Notes: a model not told the origin generated them from the sequence alone. A DNA stretch of 64,000 bases from Nitrosopumilus sp. (GCA_965205425.1 CBDBGZ010000009.1:32001-96000); one strand, 5' to 3'; shown: positions 50,269-60,563, counted from the first letter of the stretch. Made by a program: numbers and translations.

Positions 50269-53200
50269 GAAGTTTTCACAGAAGGCATTCTTTTGTCTTT
50301 GTATGTAACAACATTTGATACACCATTCTTTGGGAATACACCATAGATCAGTTTGGCCTTTTGTATAACAGAATCTTTTAGAGACACCATGATGAATTGG
50401 CTTTCCTTGGATCGTTCTTCTAAAATTTTTGCCAATCTCTCAGAGTTTGGAGCATCAAGATGAGCATCAACTTCATCAAACAAGTAAAACGGCGAAGGTT
50501 TTAGTTTTTGTAAAGCCAAAACAAATACAATGGCAGCTAGAGTTTTTTCACCACCACTAATGGATGTAGATTCTCTTTTTGGTTTGTTTGGGAATTGAAT
50601 CAGATAAGAAATTCCTGAATTAAATATATCATCTTCATTTTGTAATTCCAACCAAGCGTTTCCATCAGTCATTTTATTGAAAATTAAACGAATTTCTTTA
50701 TCGACTTTATCAAAAGCATCCAAGAAAGTTTGGCGTTTGTCTTTCTCAATATCTTCAATGAATTTTACAATTGAATTCCTTTCTTCTTCAAGGGAATTCT
50801 TTCTAGTAGACATTGAACGATAACCATAAGACACTTCAAGATATGTTTCAGGTGCTTTTGCATTTAATGCATTAAGGGAAGTCAATTCAGTAGTTAATCC
50901 ATGTACAATAGATTCAACATCAAATGTCTCCATGTCTTTATCAAATCCAAATGCAGAGAGTAATTGTTGCAATTTAGTCTCTTTTTCAATTAAATCATGT
51001 AAATCACGATTCAAAGAATCAGATTGTCGTTCAATAGTATTGATTTGTTTTGTAAGTTCTTTGTCTTTTTCAGATGCAACTTTTAATTTATCATCATATT
51101 CTTTTAATTCACCAATAGAAGAACCAGATGAAGAAATTAGTTCCTGTTCTCTTTCTCTAAGTTTTACAAGTATTTCATTTTTAGATTCTTTTTGAGTTTC
51201 CAACTCTTTGATCTTTGTTTCTAATTCTTGTTGTTCGGATTTGAGTGAATTTTCTTCATCATGAAGGAGATTAGACTGAGATTTTTCTCGGTTATCTTGC
51301 GTCTCCATAGTTGTAAGCTGAGAGGACTTGTCACGATATTCATTCATTAAAGTAGTATGTAATTTTTCAATCTCTGTTTTTTTAAGATTAATTCTTTGTA
51401 ATTCACTTGCAATTCTAGTTTGTTCTCCACTTGCATAATTTTGTTCAACGATTGAAATTCTATCATTAAGGGAATCAATGTGAGATTCATCAGTGCTAAC
51501 TTGGGATTCAATGAGATTATTTCGAGCAGTCAAATCTGAAATTCTTTTTGTCAATTGTTCTTTCATAACAAATGCAGATGAAAGTCTGGATTTTAAATTA
51601 GAATAATTTTCAGTAGCAGAAGATAAAGATTTTTCAGATAATGAAAGTCTATCAGTGTTTAATTGAATAGCATTATCCAATTTTTTGATTTCTTGTTTTT
51701 TATTTAACATCACTTTTTTGACCAAACTGATAGATTGGAACAAACCTTCAATGTCACTACTTAGAGAAATTAATTTTGTGAGTTTTGAAATTTTGGAATT
51801 ATTATCAATTGTAACAGTGCTACCTTTAGCTTCAAAGAATTCACCATCAATAGTTACTGCTTTGTAACCAGATTGGGATAGATTATAGGCAGATTCTCGA
51901 GTCTCAGTTAAGACAATATTGCCAAATAGGAAGGTTTTGAGAGCAGAATAGGCAGGATTACATCTCACATTATCAGATAAGACCCCCATAACTCCAGGTT
52001 CTTTTGGGAGAGTCAATTTGAATTTTGGAATAGCATCTAATGGAATAATTTTTAGTTTTGGAAGTTTTTTGTTTCTTGCAACCTCAACAATTCCAAGTAG
52101 TGTTGCAAAGTCTTTGACAACAATTGCCTTAATCCAATCAGAACTTGCTGCTAAAACAGAACGCTCATATTTTTTATCCCAAGAAATCATTTCATACACC
52201 AATCCTTCAATGCCAAGCTTTTCTGCATCTTCTTTTAATTTTGCAACGGTGTAATCTTCATGCATGAATCCTTTAACAGTTTTAATTTTAGATTCATAAC
52301 GAGTTGCTTGTTGATCTGATTTTTCAATTATTTGTGCCCATTCATCTAAATCATTAAGAGTATGAGATTTTTTTGTTTGGTATTTTTTTATTCTAGATTT
52401 TAATTCAGTAATTGTAGCAGTATTATTTTGCATTAGAGATTCTAGTTGAGTTTGGGGTTTACTTAGTTCTTCAATTCCAGATTCCATGTCAGATAATTTT
52501 AAAGAATTAGTTTCAATAATCTTTTTAGATTGTTCTTTTTCATGTTGAGCCTTAGAGAATTTTAATTTTGCATTGTTTAATTGTTCATTTAGTGTTTTAA
52601 TTTTTGTGTCAATTTCAGATTTTTTAGCAGCAGCTTCGGATTGTTCAGATAATACTTTTTGTCTTTGAGAGTCTACAATTTCTAATTCTTTACCAATATT
52701 ATTTTTCTGTTCGTTGGTTTCTTGTATAGATTCTTTTATCTTTTGAATTTGAGTATCAATGTCAGTTCGAGCATTATCAATAGAGTCCAATTCTATTTTG
52801 AGTTCTGGAATTCTTGTGGAAATTCTTTCAATTCTTTTTTGAGATGCAGAAATTGCACTGTTATCAATTTCATATTGTTCCATAGCAGTAGAAATTTCAG
52901 AGTCCAATGCAGACTTTGTCTGGTTGTAAGTATTAGCTTCCCCCATTAATTTTGATTTTTCAGTTTCAAGTGATTCAATTTCTGTTCTTAAAAGAGTCCT
53001 TTCTTCTTCAAATTTTGTGACTTCTGCAGTCAAAGCGTGTAAAGTGGTCTCTTTGGAGACTTTTTTACCAGAAATATCCTTCATTTTATTGGCAGCATCA
53101 ATGGCTTTGTACCTGTTTAGTTCACGCTCAAGAATGTCATGTCGTAGTTTTTGATTTCTTTCTTCTTCAAGTTCATCAATTCTTTTTTTGATTTCACCCA

Positions 53201-53789
53201 TTTTGGCTAGAGCAATCTCTAATCTCCTATCTGCCTCATCAAGTTGTTTTACAGATTCAATTTTCTTATCATCAAAGTATGATAGACCGATTAAATCTTC
53301 AATTGTTTTTCTTTTTTCTTCAGAAGTAAATTCAGATATTCTAGTTACAGTTCCTTGTTGTACTGCATTTAATTGTCCCAATCCAGCATTTGCCATATCA
53401 AGCAAATCAAGAACTTGATTTCTTTGTACTTTCTTTTTGTTTAGATAGTATGTATTCTCACCCTCACCATTCATCTCTCTGGTAATTTCAACAATATCAG
53501 AATCTACAGGGATTTTCCTATCAGAATTATCAAAGTGAACACTGGATCGTGCCATTTTTGGTCCACGTCTATTCCCCTCAATATCATGAATTAGTGATCG
53601 TAGTTTATCAACCCTCATAACTTTGGGTTTGTTTTCACCCATTGCAAAAATAATTGCATCTAAAATGTTACTTTTACCAGAACCGTTTGGTCCAGAAATT
53701 GAAACTAGACCAGGTTCAAACTGAACTGTCGTATTCTTAAATCCAAATGACTTGAAACCAAAGATCTCAACTTTTTTAACATGAACCAA
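50265..53789 (-). CDS. smc: chromosome segregation protein SMC
   Basis: GPNGSGKSN, coiled coils with hinge, ISGGEK, LFDEVDAHLD. Confidence 0.96.
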   Translation of the reverse strand: MVHVKKVEIFGFKSFGFKNTTVQFEPGLVSISGPNGSGKSNILDAIIFAMGENKPKVMRVDKLRSLIHDIEGNRRGPKMARSSVHFDNSDRKIPVDSDIVEITREMNGEGENTYYLNKKKVQRNQVLDLLDMANAGLGQLNAVQQGTVTRISEFTSEEKRKTIEDLIGLSYFDDKKIESVKQLDEADRRLEIALAKMGEIKKRIDELEEERNQKLRHDILERELNRYKAIDAANKMKDISGKKVSKETTLHALTAEVTKFEEERTLLRTEIESLETEKSKLMGEANTYNQTKSALDSEISTAMEQYEIDNSAISASQKRIERISTRIPELKIELDSIDNARTDIDTQIQKIKESIQETNEQKNNIGKELEIVDSQRQKVLSEQSEAAAKKSEIDTKIKTLNEQLNNAKLKFSKAQHEKEQSKKIIETNSLKLSDMESGIEELSKPQTQLESLMQNNTATITELKSRIKKYQTKKSHTLNDLDEWAQIIEKSDQQATRYESKIKTVKGFMHEDYTVAKLKEDAEKLGIEGLVYEMISWDKKYERSVLAASSDWIKAIVVKDFATLLGIVEVARNKKLPKLKIIPLDAIPKFKLTLPKEPGVMGVLSDNVRCNPAYSALKTFLFGNIVLTETRESAYNLSQSGYKAVTIDGEFFEAKGSTVTIDNNSKISKLTKLISLSSDIEGLFQSISLVKKVMLNKKQEIKKLDNAIQLNTDRLSLSEKSLSSATENYSNLKSRLSSAFVMKEQLTKRISDLTARNNLIESQVSTDESHIDSLNDRISIVEQNYASGEQTRIASELQRINLKKTEIEKLHTTLMNEYRDKSSQLTTMETQDNREKSQSNLLHDEENSLKSEQQELETKIKELETQKESKNEILVKLREREQELISSSGSSIGELKEYDDKLKVASEKDKELTKQINTIERQSDSLNRDLHDLIEKETKLQQLLSAFGFDKDMETFDVESIVHGLTTELTSLNALNAKAPETYLEVSYGYRSMSTRKNSLEEERNSIVKFIEDIEKDKRQTFLDAFDKVDKEIRLIFNKMTDGNAWLELQNEDDIFNSGISYLIQFPNKPKRESTSISGGEKTLAAIVFVLALQKLKPSPFYLFDEVDAHLDAPNSERLAKILEERSKESQFIMVSLKDSVIQKAKLIYGVFPKNGVSNVVTYKDKRMPSVKTS

Positions 53790-53970
53790 TGATAATAATT
53801 TCTCAACACGTGGGATAATCGATGGTTAACAAGTTTAGTTGACATAATTGCATAATTTTTCTTGTTGTGTTATGATATTTTTCGTAGCGGTACAAATACA
53901 CGGATTATTTTTTTATGAATTGATCGCATATTTACGCCTACTATAATTACTAAGAACCAATTATAAATTC

Positions 53971-54741
53971 ATGGTAAAGCTTGGATTAATTCAAACTACA
54001 TCGCAAAGTACAAATCAAAAAGGAATTGTGCAAGCTTCAAAAATTTTAAAAAAATTAGGAAGGGCAGACACGGACATTGTGTGCCTGCCAGAACAATGGC
54101 TCAAAAATAATGAGATCAGTAATTTTGATGTAGAATTTTCAGAGTTTAAAAAAATAGCAAAAGAATTTTCCATGACCATAATTCCAGGCGCATTTTATGA
54201 AATCATAAAAACCAAGACATCAATAATTTCTCCAATAATAGGGCCAAATGTGGAAATCATAGGTAAGCAAGAAAAAATCCATCCTTTTGACTATGAACGT
54301 GACAATGTCAAGCCTGGGAAAGAGACCAAAATATTCAATACAGCATGTAAGTTCGGAGTAGTAATTTGTTATGACATGGTATTTCCCAAAGTTGCCAATA
54401 CATTTGTGAAAAAAGGAGCCCAAGTACTATTTTCACCAAGTAGAATAGTCAAACGTGGAATTGAGCCATGGCAAATGTATGTTCAAGTACGAGCATTAGA
54501 AAATAGAGTTCCAATTTTAGCCGCAAATGTTGAAAATCATAGATTTGGAGGAAACAGTCTCATCGTAGATTTGACTGAAAATAACAAAGTAGTGACAACC
54601 AAAATTATGAAGTTAAATGGCGAGTACGGAACAAGTAAAGAATTTGACTTGAACAAATATGAAGAGAGTAGAAAAATAAGATTTTCAGATTCAAATAACT
54701 ATAACCATAACCATATGTGCCAAAATCAGCTAGGAAATTAG
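53971..54741 (+). CDS. carbon-nitrogen hydrolase (nitrilase family); C-terminus altered by IS110 insertion
   Basis: LPE, K.HPF, ICYD catalytic triad motifs. Confidence 0.9.
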   Translation: MVKLGLIQTTSQSTNQKGIVQASKILKKLGRADTDIVCLPEQWLKNNEISNFDVEFSEFKKIAKEFSMTIIPGAFYEIIKTKTSIISPIIGPNVEIIGKQEKIHPFDYERDNVKPGKETKIFNTACKFGVVICYDMVFPKVANTFVKKGAQVLFSPSRIVKRGIEPWQMYVQVRALENRVPILAANVENHRFGGNSLIVDLTENNKVVTTKIMKLNGEYGTSKEFDLNKYEESRKIRFSDSNNYNHNHMCQNQLGN

Positions 54742-55808
54742 ATGGTACTTGCATTCGTATCAAGAAAGTAAGAAATGCAAACAAACACACTACCCTTCCT
54801 GAAAAAAAATATTTGATGTTTGTAGGATTGGATGTTCACAAGAACTCTGTACAGGTGGCAGCAGTAGATGAGATTGGCAAATTATTATTTAACAAAAAGA
54901 TTTCCAGTGATTTTTCTGCTATTAGCAAAATTACATCCAAAATTCCAAAGAACGCAAAATATGTTTTAGAGTCATCATCTGTCTGGTATGGCCTTTATAG
55001 ACACATGACAGACAAATTACATCTTGATGTTATACTATCTAATCCATACAACACAAAGATAATAGCATCATCACTCAAAAAGACTGATAAAATTGATGCG
55101 TACCATCTTGCAAATTTGCTACGAGGAGGATACATTGCAGAATCATTCGTGCCAGATCACACAATTGTGCAATACAGACAGCTTGTAAGACATCGACACA
55201 AGATTGTGCGCATCATTGTAAAGATGAAGAATTCCATACATGGTATTACACTACAGGAGGGAATCCATATCAAAGCAACACCATTTTCCTCAGAACACAT
55301 ACGTGCACTTGGAAAATTGGAGAGTTATAGAATAGATTCGTACCTACAAAGCATAAAATTTCACAAAAAGGAGGTTGCAAAAATAGATTCCATGATACGT
55401 CGCATGGTAAATGATAATCCTGACGTGTGTATTTTGACATCAATATCTGGAGTTGGACCATACACTGCATTGAGCATATTCTCAGAAATTGCAGAGATTA
55501 GTAGATTTTCAAATTCTCACAAGTTATGTGCATATGCAGGGATTGTTCCATCGGTGAGAAATTCTGCAGATACAATACATCACGGAAGAATTACAAAGAG
55601 AGGAAGCATGACATTGAGATGGGTTCTAACAGAATGCATACACACTCATGCAATACATGCCAAAGATAGTGACATTACAAAATTTTACAATCGCATTAAG
55701 AAAAAGAGAGGGACCTCAAAGGCTGCAGTTGCTGGCGCATCAAAGATTCTGAGGGTGATTTATTGGATGCTAAAGGAGAGGAGAGAATTTGTACAAAATT
55801 ACAGTTAG
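54717..55808 (+). CDS. IS110 family DEDD recombinase/transposase
   Basis: Near-identical to 7583-8674 except a divergent C-terminal patch. Confidence 0.95.
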   Translation: MPKSARKLDGTCIRIKKVRNANKHTTLPEKKYLMFVGLDVHKNSVQVAAVDEIGKLLFNKKISSDFSAISKITSKIPKNAKYVLESSSVWYGLYRHMTDKLHLDVILSNPYNTKIIASSLKKTDKIDAYHLANLLRGGYIAESFVPDHTIVQYRQLVRHRHKIVRIIVKMKNSIHGITLQEGIHIKATPFSSEHIRALGKLESYRIDSYLQSIKFHKKEVAKIDSMIRRMVNDNPDVCILTSISGVGPYTALSIFSEIAEISRFSNSHKLCAYAGIVPSVRNSADTIHHGRITKRGSMTLRWVLTECIHTHAIHAKDSDITKFYNRIKKKRGTSKAAVAGASKILRVIYWMLKERREFVQNYS

Positions 55809-56009
55809 GACTGCAAGTCGCGTTAAAATGCTTGAGGGACAAGGCCTCGTCTGATAACTGCGAACAATCCTAACTAGGATGAAGATAGCATTGAGAGAAT
55901 AGTCTCGTATGGATACATGTCTGCCATCTTTTGATTGAAACCATTCTCTAGCGAAAGCCATGCCCTGATGTATGAAAAGAGAGGAAATGTATAAAAACAA
56001 TTCACATGG
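55809..56009 (+). ncRNA. candidate bridge/seek RNA region, variant allele
   Basis: Stems shared with copy 1, loop sequences differ. Confidence 0.6.
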
Positions 56010-56022
56010 ATAATTTCAGTGA

Positions 56023-57117
56023 TTAGTCACCTGCAACAAATTCTTCACATGCAGTTTTTGCTTTAACATCAGAAGTTTGTTCAATTGGATGTTTCATCAA
56101 ATAAGCACTAGCAGGTTTAATTGGTCCACCTACACCTCTATCAAGTGCAATTCTTGCCAACCTAATAGCATCAATTACAATTCCTGCAGAATTTGCTTTG
56201 TCATCAACTTCTAATCGTACTTCCATATTGTAAGGAATGTTTGCCCATTGACGTCCTTCAATTCTCATAAACATGAGTTTTGTGTTACCTAAAAATGGAA
56301 TAAAATCTGAAGGGCCAACATAAATTTGATCATCATCTAGTCTTTCGTTTAGTTGACTTTGAACACTTTCAGTTTTAGAAATTTTCTTCGAAACAAGTCT
56401 ATCTTGTTCTTTCATGTTTAAGAAATCAGTGTTACCACCTACATTGATTTGATATGTTTTTTCAATTTTAGTTCCTCTATCATTACATAGTTTAGCTAGA
56501 GTTCTATGAACAATAGTTGCACCTACTTGACCTTTGATATCATCTCCAATACAAGGAATATTTTTTTCTGTGAATTTTTTTGCCCATGTTTCATCAGATG
56601 CGATAAATGACGGAATACAATTTACAAATGCAGTATTAGTATCAAGGCAAATTTGTGCCCAGAATTTAGTTACTTTATCAGAACCTACAGGCAAGTAAGA
56701 AACAATAATTTCTACACCAGTATCTTTGATTACTTGTTTAACTTCTTCAGTTATTTGTTCTACCGATTTTGGATTATCAATTGGCTTAATTCTATTCTCT
56801 ACCCACAATCCAACTCCATCTAAAATTGGACTTTCGTAAATTTTAGCATCAGTCTTTGGTAATTCATCTTTTGGAATCCAATCAACCATGTTTGGGAATG
56901 CATAGATTGCTTCATGTAGTGGCTTTCCAACCTTATTCTCACCAACATCAAAGCCGCAAACAAAATCAATATCATGAATACCATAACCAGATAATTTATC
57001 GTGAATAATTCCAGTAACTTCTTGTGTAGGGTTTTTTCTATAGTATTCAATTCCCTGAATTAGTCCTGAAAAGCAATTACCAATACCAACTAAACCAACT
57101 TTAATTCTATCTGACAT
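56023..57117 (-). CDS. ino1: myo-inositol-1-phosphate synthase
   Basis: GIGNC, YLPVGS, GDDIKGQVGAT, NVGGNTDFLNM, DKANSAG. Confidence 0.95.
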   Translation of the reverse strand: MSDRIKVGLVGIGNCFSGLIQGIEYYRKNPTQEVTGIIHDKLSGYGIHDIDFVCGFDVGENKVGKPLHEAIYAFPNMVDWIPKDELPKTDAKIYESPILDGVGLWVENRIKPIDNPKSVEQITEEVKQVIKDTGVEIIVSYLPVGSDKVTKFWAQICLDTNTAFVNCIPSFIASDETWAKKFTEKNIPCIGDDIKGQVGATIVHRTLAKLCNDRGTKIEKTYQINVGGNTDFLNMKEQDRLVSKKISKTESVQSQLNERLDDDQIYVGPSDFIPFLGNTKLMFMRIEGRQWANIPYNMEVRLEVDDKANSAGIVIDAIRLARIALDRGVGGPIKPASAYLMKHPIEQTSDVKAKTACEEFVAGD

Positions 57118-57200
57118 TCGAAATTTGGTGTTATTAGGCGGGTTTAAAGTTTTCTTAGATAATAGAAAGAAATCATTTCAATGAAGGCAGAATTTTATAC

Positions 57201-58163
57201 TTGACATCAACTCACAAATTCATGGTAGATCCAGGTCGTCCAGTAAAAGACATAGAAATTGATGCTAACACATCATTGGAGAAAATTTTTGAAGAATTAT
57301 CTCAATCAGGAGGATTTGAATCAGTAAATCTATCAGACGGATTAGAAATTTTGTCAGAAATGATTTCAGACAAACAATGTTTAAGATTTGTATCATTTGT
57401 TGGTGCAGTAGTATCTACAGGGCTAAGGGGAATAATCAAAGACATGATAAAAAACAAATGGTTTGATGTGGCAATAACAACTTGCGGAGCGTTAGATCAT
57501 GACATTGCAAGACATTTTTCACATTACAAAGAAGGTTCATTTACAATGGACGATATGGAACTTGCAAATCAAAACATTCACAGACTAGGCAATGTTCTAG
57601 TTCCAATGGATAGTTATGGACCACTAATTGAAGAAAAAATGCAGGCATTTCTAGAAGAGGAGTATCAAAATGGAAATAAAGAAATGAGTACTGCTGAAAT
57701 ATGTAAAATGATTGGAAAGCATCTAGGAGAAGATTCATTTCTTCATTGGGCATACAAAAATGACATTGACGTAGTTGTTCCAGGTATAATGGATGGGGCA
57801 GTAGGAAGTCAGATTTGGTTATTTACACAAAAACATAGTGATTTTAAATTAAACATAGCAGGAGATGCAAACTTACTTTCAGGATTAATTTTCAAAGCTG
57901 AGAAATCAGGAGCATTCATGATAGGTGGAGGAATTTCTAAACATCACACATTATGGTGGAATCAATACAGAGAAGGATTAGATTATGCATTTTACATTAC
58001 TACTGCACAAGAATTTGATGGAAGTTTAAGTGGTGCACTAGTAAGAGAAGCAATTTCATGGGGCAAAGTAACACAAATTGCAAAACAATCAACGCTACAT
58101 GCAGAAGTGACAACAATTTTGCCATTCATCTATGCTGCTTTAATTTCAAAATTACAAAAATAG
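57201..58163 (+). CDS. dys: deoxyhypusine synthase
   Basis: STGLRG, GGGISKHH, DGSLSGA..REAISWGK. Confidence 0.95.
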   Translation: MTSTHKFMVDPGRPVKDIEIDANTSLEKIFEELSQSGGFESVNLSDGLEILSEMISDKQCLRFVSFVGAVVSTGLRGIIKDMIKNKWFDVAITTCGALDHDIARHFSHYKEGSFTMDDMELANQNIHRLGNVLVPMDSYGPLIEEKMQAFLEEEYQNGNKEMSTAEICKMIGKHLGEDSFLHWAYKNDIDVVVPGIMDGAVGSQIWLFTQKHSDFKLNIAGDANLLSGLIFKAEKSGAFMIGGGISKHHTLWWNQYREGLDYAFYITTAQEFDGSLSGALVREAISWGKVTQIAKQSTLHAEVTTILPFIYAALISKLQK

Positions 58164-58206
58164 AATAAGATAAAAGCTATTATTTGATCAATACTGAAAA
58201 TATTCA

Positions 58207-58920
58207 TTGAATCCTAGAATAAGAATCAGAGAACTAAAAGAATTAAATTTAGAAAATGGGTACTTAATTGACGGATTTCCCTCAGTAGGATTTAGTAGTG
58301 CAATTGCAACTGAATCAATGATTCATACATCACAATTTGAATTAGGAGGAGTGATAGATTCAGAAAGTTTTCCTCCAATCAGTGTAATAAAAGATGGAAA
58401 ACCAAATTTTCCAACAAGAATATTTGTTAATGAAGATTTGAAAGTAGGGGTTTTTTTGTCATATATTACACTTGATCAATCATTACATAGAGTTACAGCA
58501 AAAACTATGTTATCGTGGGCAAAAAAACATAAAATTAAATTAATTATTAGCAGTGTTGCCATAAAATCACCTAATGGAAATGAAGAGATGATTGGTATAG
58601 GTAGTACTGAGTCTGCAAGAAACAAAGTAAAAGATGCAGGACTCAAAGTGTTAGAACACGGAACAGTTCCAGGAATTCCAGGAATGTTGTTAAATGAAGG
58701 AAGTATGTCAAATCAAGATGTCATTGTAATAATTTTTCATACAGATGGACAAGGTCCAGATTTTAAATCAAGTGCCGAATTATGCATGGCAATGTCAAAA
58801 TTAATTCCAGGAGCATCATGTGACATACCATCATTACAAAAAGAAGCAGAGAAAGCAGAAATTGTGATTAAAGAGGCACAAGAAGAGTCAAAACATCTCA
58901 AAGATTCTATGTATAGATAG
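58207..58920 (+). CDS. PAC2 family proteasome assembly chaperone
   Basis: LIDGFPSVG..SAIA, FPP, GIPGMLL, PDFKSSA. Confidence 0.85.
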   Translation: MNPRIRIRELKELNLENGYLIDGFPSVGFSSAIATESMIHTSQFELGGVIDSESFPPISVIKDGKPNFPTRIFVNEDLKVGVFLSYITLDQSLHRVTAKTMLSWAKKHKIKLIISSVAIKSPNGNEEMIGIGSTESARNKVKDAGLKVLEHGTVPGIPGMLLNEGSMSNQDVIVIIFHTDGQGPDFKSSAELCMAMSKLIPGASCDIPSLQKEAEKAEIVIKEAQEESKHLKDSMYR

Positions 58921-58966
58921 AATACTCAATCAGATTTATTTTGTTATCGTGTAGAAATAAAAGATA

Positions 58967-59587
58967 ATGAATCAAATTTTTGAGTTTGCAGTCATTGTAA
59001 TTGCTATTTCAGCATCAGGAGTAATGGCACCAGGGCCACTTTTTGCAGCAAATGTATCATACGGATTACGAGATGGTGCGAAATCAGGAATTAAAATGGC
59101 AATAGGTCATTCAATTGTAGAATTTCCACTAGTGGTTTTGTTAGGTTTAGGAGTATTTTCTCTAGAAACATTTCCAGAATTTAGAATTGTAATTTCAATT
59201 TTTGGAGCAATTACACTTTTTGGATTTGCAATATTGCAAATTAAAACAGTTTTGCAAAAAAAAGAAAACACCATATCAAAATTAAAACACGGTCCATTAG
59301 TTACAGGGATTGTATTTAGTGCACTAAATCCATTTTTCATCATATGGTGGTTAACCATAGGTTTCAAGTTAATTTCAGATGCCATGTTGATTTGGGCATT
59401 TTCAGGCATACTAGTGATGTTTTTACTCCACATATGGATGGATTTTGTATGGTTAGGAGGAGTATCATTTCTTGCTTCAAAGAGTTCACGAATTCTTTCA
59501 AATAGGAATTACAAAATATTGATGATAGGATTAAGTCTAATGTTAGTATATTTTGGAATAACATTTGTAATAGATATCATTCCTTAA
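58967..59587 (+). CDS. LysE family translocator
   Basis: SGVMAPGP, GHSIVE, LNPFFIIWW. Confidence 0.9.
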   Translation: MNQIFEFAVIVIAISASGVMAPGPLFAANVSYGLRDGAKSGIKMAIGHSIVEFPLVVLLGLGVFSLETFPEFRIVISIFGAITLFGFAILQIKTVLQKKENTISKLKHGPLVTGIVFSALNPFFIIWWLTIGFKLISDAMLIWAFSGILVMFLLHIWMDFVWLGGVSFLASKSSRILSNRNYKILMIGLSLMLVYFGITFVIDIIP

Positions 59588-59859
59588 CCACAATCTAAAA
59601 TTTCAATCGGATGTTCGCATTGATCATTATACAAATCAATTTCTTCAAGAATATTTTCACAATATTCAGGATCTAAGGATTGCTCATATGTAGAAATATC
59701 ATTAGTGATTATTACATAATCTATACTGCAAGAATTATTATTGTTAAGTACAATTAGTACCATTACAGACAATCCTCCAAGTAATATCAGTGTAAAGTAT
59801 TTTGGATTAGTTTTTTGAAATATCAATTTCCATTGTGGATACGTTACGTTGTTTTCCAT
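59584..59859 (-). CDS. small membrane-anchored hypothetical protein (start uncertain)
   Basis: One TM helix and a Cys-containing C-terminus; the given start overlaps alba. Confidence 0.55.
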   Translation of the reverse strand: MENNVTYPQWKLIFQKTNPKYFTLILLGGLSVMVLIVLNNNNSCSIDYVIITNDISTYEQSLDPEYCENILEEIDLYNDQCEHPIEILDCG

Positions 59860-60514
59860 CTTGAGAAGTTAACGAATCAGATGTAATTCGTACATCACTT
59901 ATCACGTATCCCACAGAATCCATTCGTTTAACAATCATTTGAGAAACGTCAACAGCTTGTGTAATTCTTTTTCCTCTAGCTTTGATTGTAACAGTTGTTC
60001 TAGTTGAGAGTTGAGTCAAAGTTGCAGAAACATATGTCATGATTGGTTTAGTACCAACGAAAATTATATCTCGTTCTTCATGAACTTTGGGTGAATCGGA
60101 TGTATTAGTAGAAGGTTGTTCTGGTGTTGGTTCTGGTGTTGGTTCTGGGGTTGGTTCTGGGGTTGGTTCAGGTTCTGGTGTTGGTTCAGGTGTTGGTTCA
60201 GGTTCAGGTGTTGGTTCAGGTGTTGGTTCAGGTTCAGGTGTTGGTTCAGGTGTTGGTTCAGGTGTTGGTTCAGGTGTTGGTTCAGGTGTTGGTTCAGGTG
60301 TTGGTTCAGGTGTTGGTTCAGGTGTTGGTTCAGGTGTTGGTTCAGGTGTTGGTTCAGGTGTTGGTTCAGGTGTTGGTTCAGGTGTTGGTTCTGGTGTTGG
60401 TTCAGGTGTTGGTTCTGGTGTTGGTTCAGGTTCTGGTGTTAGTTCAGGTTTATTTCTTGAATCAAATTCAGATAAGATATCTTCTGCGTCTTTAGATTTT
60501 TTGTTGCTGCTCAA
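59807..60514 (-). CDS. albA: Alba DNA/RNA-binding protein with long N-terminal (PEPT)n extension
   Basis: IFVGTKPIMTYV, IKARG..I..AVDV, RNVSTMEI. Confidence 0.9.
   Translation of the reverse strand: MSSNKKSKDAEDILSEFDSRNKPELTPEPEPTPEPTPEPTPEPTPEPTPEPTPEPTPEPTPEPTPEPTPEPTPEPTPEPTPEPTPEPTPEPTPEPEPTPEPTPEPEPTPEPTPEPEPTPEPTPEPTPEPTPEQPSTNTSDSPKVHEERDIIFVGTKPIMTYVSATLTQLSTRTTVTIKARGKRITQAVDVSQMIVKRMDSVGYVISDVRITSDSLTSQDGKQRNVSTMEIDISKN
60117..60446. repeat. 12-bp tandem repeat (GGTGTTGGTTCA)n encoding PEPT
   Basis: Direct reading, ~330 bp. Confidence 0.95.
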
Positions 60515-60563
60515 TTTTAAATTCCCGTTATAACAAATTTCTCTCTCGCTTTTATTTAATTTT

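Larger units (their letters stand above)
54695..56013 (+). mobile_element. IS110-family element copy 2
   Basis: ATAA core at both junctions; excision restores the nitrilase end FSDSNNFSD*. Confidence 0.9.

Noticed and set aside
54699..54720. Sub-terminal inverted repeat of IS110 (CCATATGTG vs CCATGTG)
   Set aside because: Too short and gapped to assert, so the IS1111-like call rests only on the long 3' non-coding end.
55770..56000. Repeated peptide HQGMAFAREWFQSKD (also in 7237-7521 and 43564-43830) as a small protein family
   Set aside because: Antisense reading of the IS110 non-coding end; an indel between copies changes the frame.
60087..60533. Plus-strand ORFs (GSGV)n, (CWFR)n, (VLVQ)n
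   Set aside because: Stop-free shadows of the 12-bp PEPT repeat in alba.
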